From the human T2T-CHM13v2.0 reference genome, Homo sapiens: a stretch of DNA of 64,000 nucleotides. A program made the position numbers and the translations under genes. Positions 60,911 to 64,000 of the stretch are shown one piece after another (the first letter of the stretch is position 1; every line of letters begins with the position of its first letter). The notes below the pieces were generated by a model that saw only the letters and a program-made list of their open reading frames with translations, was not told the DNA's origin and did not search any database. The stretch spans positions 32,384,001 through 32,448,000 of the forward strand of contig CP068257.2 of the NCBI GenBank assembly GCA_009914755.4, given 5' to 3'.

Positions 60911-63900
60911 AACCTTTGGACAGGTTTCTATTACTTATGACCAAAAAACCCTGAGGAAGACAGTTTCTCCTCCAACCCCCTTATGTTTCTATGTGTCTCT
61001 GTGTCACAGAGCTCACAGCTACATTTCTAAAATTATGACAACTCTCAACACATGCATGAATGGAGGAGACACCCATGGTACCCATTGGTTGCCTGTCTAG
61101 CCTCCCCTTTGCTGCAAACTGTTTCTCCTTAGCTATAACCTCCAAATTTGTAGGGTTCAGAGGTAGTTATTAGCAGCCACAGTGATATGATTTGATCTAC
61201 TCTTTAGACCTGGCTGATTGGCCCAAGGGTGGACCAATGAACCAGTTTAGGCTAATCAAGTGCCAATTGAAGGAGAGCCTTGGAGTATCCCTTGGTGTTT
61301 AGAGGGATTATATGTAGACCAAGGAGCTGAGAATGGCTATCATCTATTGTGCAGATGGGAGAGCAGAGAAAAAGGGCCCTTTCAGAGAGAGAAGAAAGCT
61401 GACTGGCAGAGAAACAGAAAAAAAATGTGGAGAGCATCTTGGTTCTAGTCAGTTCCTGAGACTGTCAGCTGCATATTGCCTCGAGTCCTGGGAGACATCC
61501 GGTACACTTATAATAATTTATCTAGAGTCAGTTTCTACTATTTGTAACCCACAGAATTCTACCTAATACGCCTGAAAATATATTAAACTCATTGTGTAAA
61601 GCAATCTTGTGAGTTTTGTTTTCGAGAGAGCTACTTAGTTGTCTCAATTAGTGGAAAATTCCAGTGCAGATCTGACCTTTGGGTTTCAGAGTACAGGGAC
61701 TGATCCAAGGCATGTGCCCTGGTAAGCCCAAAAAATCAAGCTTACCTAAAACTCAACTCTTTCAGTAACTCTAGCCTGATAATCACTGCAAAATACCCAA
61801 CAATGACTGAGTGTTAGAAAGTTATAGGCAACTAACCATTTTTGACTTGTATAACATCTTATTATACTTAGAATAACTTATAGGGTGATATCCAAATTGC
61901 ATTATATGGTCTATGGCATAGACTGCTAGTTTACCGTACTCTGCAACGTAAAGCTACATTTCCCAGCCTTTCTTGAAGGCAAGGCAGGTCCACAGGAAGG
62001 ACAAAGTTCTGATCCATGGAATATGAGTGTAAGTGATGGGTTCAACTTCTGGGCCACTTCTTTAAAGGGAATTACTCAAGTCTTTTTTCTATTTTGCCAT
62101 ACTGTTCCTGGAATGTGAACATGGTGCTGGGAGCGGAACAGCCATAAAGAACCATGAGATTTAAGCCATGTCTTGTAAATAGACAGCAAGCTGGAAAAAG
62201 CCTGAGTCCCATGCCCTGGTTACATTCAGATCTTTCCACGAGAGACAAAGTCTTGTTTAAGTCACTGTTACTTTGACTTTTGTTTCAGTAGCTGAACCAG
62301 TACCCTGGCTATAATATAGTCTTTGCATGGGAAAACAAAAAAGGAATGACTTTTATTGAGTCACAAATGGTCTAAATGTGGGCAGTTGTGCACTCTTGGA
62401 AAAAGCACCCAGGCTGCAGAAACAACTTAGCCCATGTGAGATGAGGAGTACCCATCTCACAAGGTGGAGGAACAAGGGAACATTTAGCCCAGAGAAGGGA
62501 GGGCTCAGGATAGACTATAAAACTGTCTTCAGACACAGGAGCTCATGTGACAGAGGGAGTAGACTTGTGCCATACGGCCCCACGGGTCTGAACTAAGACC
62601 AATAGGTTATGCAGGAAACTGAAGTGCTATGACCCAAAGAGTTCTGTCAGTCAGGGTTCTTGGCTATGAGCTACAGAAACAGACTCTGTGTAAAGCAAAA
62701 AAGAAATTTATTGAAATGATATTTGGGGGAATCACAGAATGGACTAGAGACCAGGGGACTGGCCAGGAGCCAAAAGCACTCTGGAGGGCTGGTAACCAGG
62801 AAGATTGGAAGCCACAGGCATGGAGCAGCAACGGTCTGGCCAACATCATGAGTGACTCTAACTGTTCCTCATGTTGTCCACTCAGGATTCAAAAGCATGG
62901 GGGAAGAGTCTGATTGGCCGCAGTTGAATGTCTTCCCTTCCTTGACTAAATGTAGGGTAGGAAAGGGGAAAATTTGGCTCTGTTGACTCTGGTATGAGAG
63001 TCAGGCACCACCTCCAAGAGGAACCAAGATGCTATGAGACAAATGTCCTGTGCTACCTGCAAAGATGCTTTTGAAGCCCATGAATCTGTGACCAGTGGCT
63101 CAGAATTGGGAAGGACTTGTCTATTCAACAGTTAGCTCCTTTCCTACTTCCCTCACATGCGCACACACTCTGCTGAATGATTCTGGTGATGAAAGGCTGA
63201 CTATCTCCCAAGTTCTTCCTCATGTGAAGATGAAATCAAGGCTGGGAGTTTAGACACTGCCTGGCGCTTAAGTCCCTCCCACTTTGGTCTCACTTTTGTA
63301 GAGTTGAGTCCCGTGATTCTCTTACTGAAAACTTTCCTCCTGTCAAACTTATTCACCCCATGTCACCACCCTCTGACCCCACCAAAACATCTTGTGCTCA
63401 TTCTCTTTCCTCTTATTTGTAAAATGTTATCCATTCTTCACATTCCAGCTTAAGTCCCACATCATACATGAAACATTCCTGAACCATCCCAGTTCAAAGT
63501 AATCCCTCTCTGGAAATTTTTGCCCTTAATCTTGATTAGACAGTTAATCACACTCTTTTTTATATGTTTTCTATTTTTTAGAATAGATATTTCAATCTTG
63601 TTAGGACAATTTAACTGTAAACACATTTATATCTTCTCTTGCTACCTAGATTTCTTACGCATCTTTGCATCTCCTGTAAACTATTTCTTATACTTCTTTG
63701 CATCTCCTGTAGAACTTAATGGGACTTTTTGTTTGTTTTGTCTTAATTGACTTGAATACCAGAAGTGGGTGTGATCTTGATCCTTTTATCCAGGAATTTG
63801 GGGAAGGGGAAACAGAGGAAGATGAAGATAGATGTACATCAGACAAACCAAAATGACTTTCCTCTGAGCATAATGATGTGAATGACTTATATTTTTACAG

Positions 63901-64000
63901 TTTTGAGGTATAATTGATGTATAATAAACCATACATATTTAATGTATACAACTTGATATGTGTATATATAATCCATGAAACCATTGCCCTAATCGAGATA

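Overview
This window reads as primate, most likely human or great-ape, nuclear DNA from an intergenic or intronic region. It is not a prokaryotic or otherwise gene-dense locus. By eye, roughly 40-50% of it is recognisable interspersed repeat. There are about 40 Alu elements in both orientations, from old AluJ-like copies to young AluY-like copies that still retain CpG. There are at least four ancient L1 fragments covering the ORF2 and 3'UTR regions, all on the + strand. There are several MaLR solo LTRs of the THE1/MST and MLT1 types. DNA-transposon relics include Tigger2-like and Tigger3-like elements, a MER5-like hAT MITE, other hAT-like MITEs and a MADE1 mariner MITE. MIR fragments and many simple repeats are present: (TCTA)n, (GT)n/(CA)n, (TA)n and (TTTC)n. 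Several repeats sit inside one another, which gives a relative insertion order. I cannot support any protein-coding exon, tRNA, rRNA, CRISPR array or operon-like system from the sequence. Almost all ORFs in the supplied six-frame track fall inside Alu, L1, poly-A or minisatellite sequence and are translation artefacts. I see no evidence of a novel biological system. The most distinctive non-transposon structure is a ~700 bp minisatellite at 34595-35290 with an exact 54-bp periodicity, a good candidate for a polymorphic VNTR. All coordinates are approximate (about +/-10 bp). Family names come from remembered consensus sequences, not from a database search.
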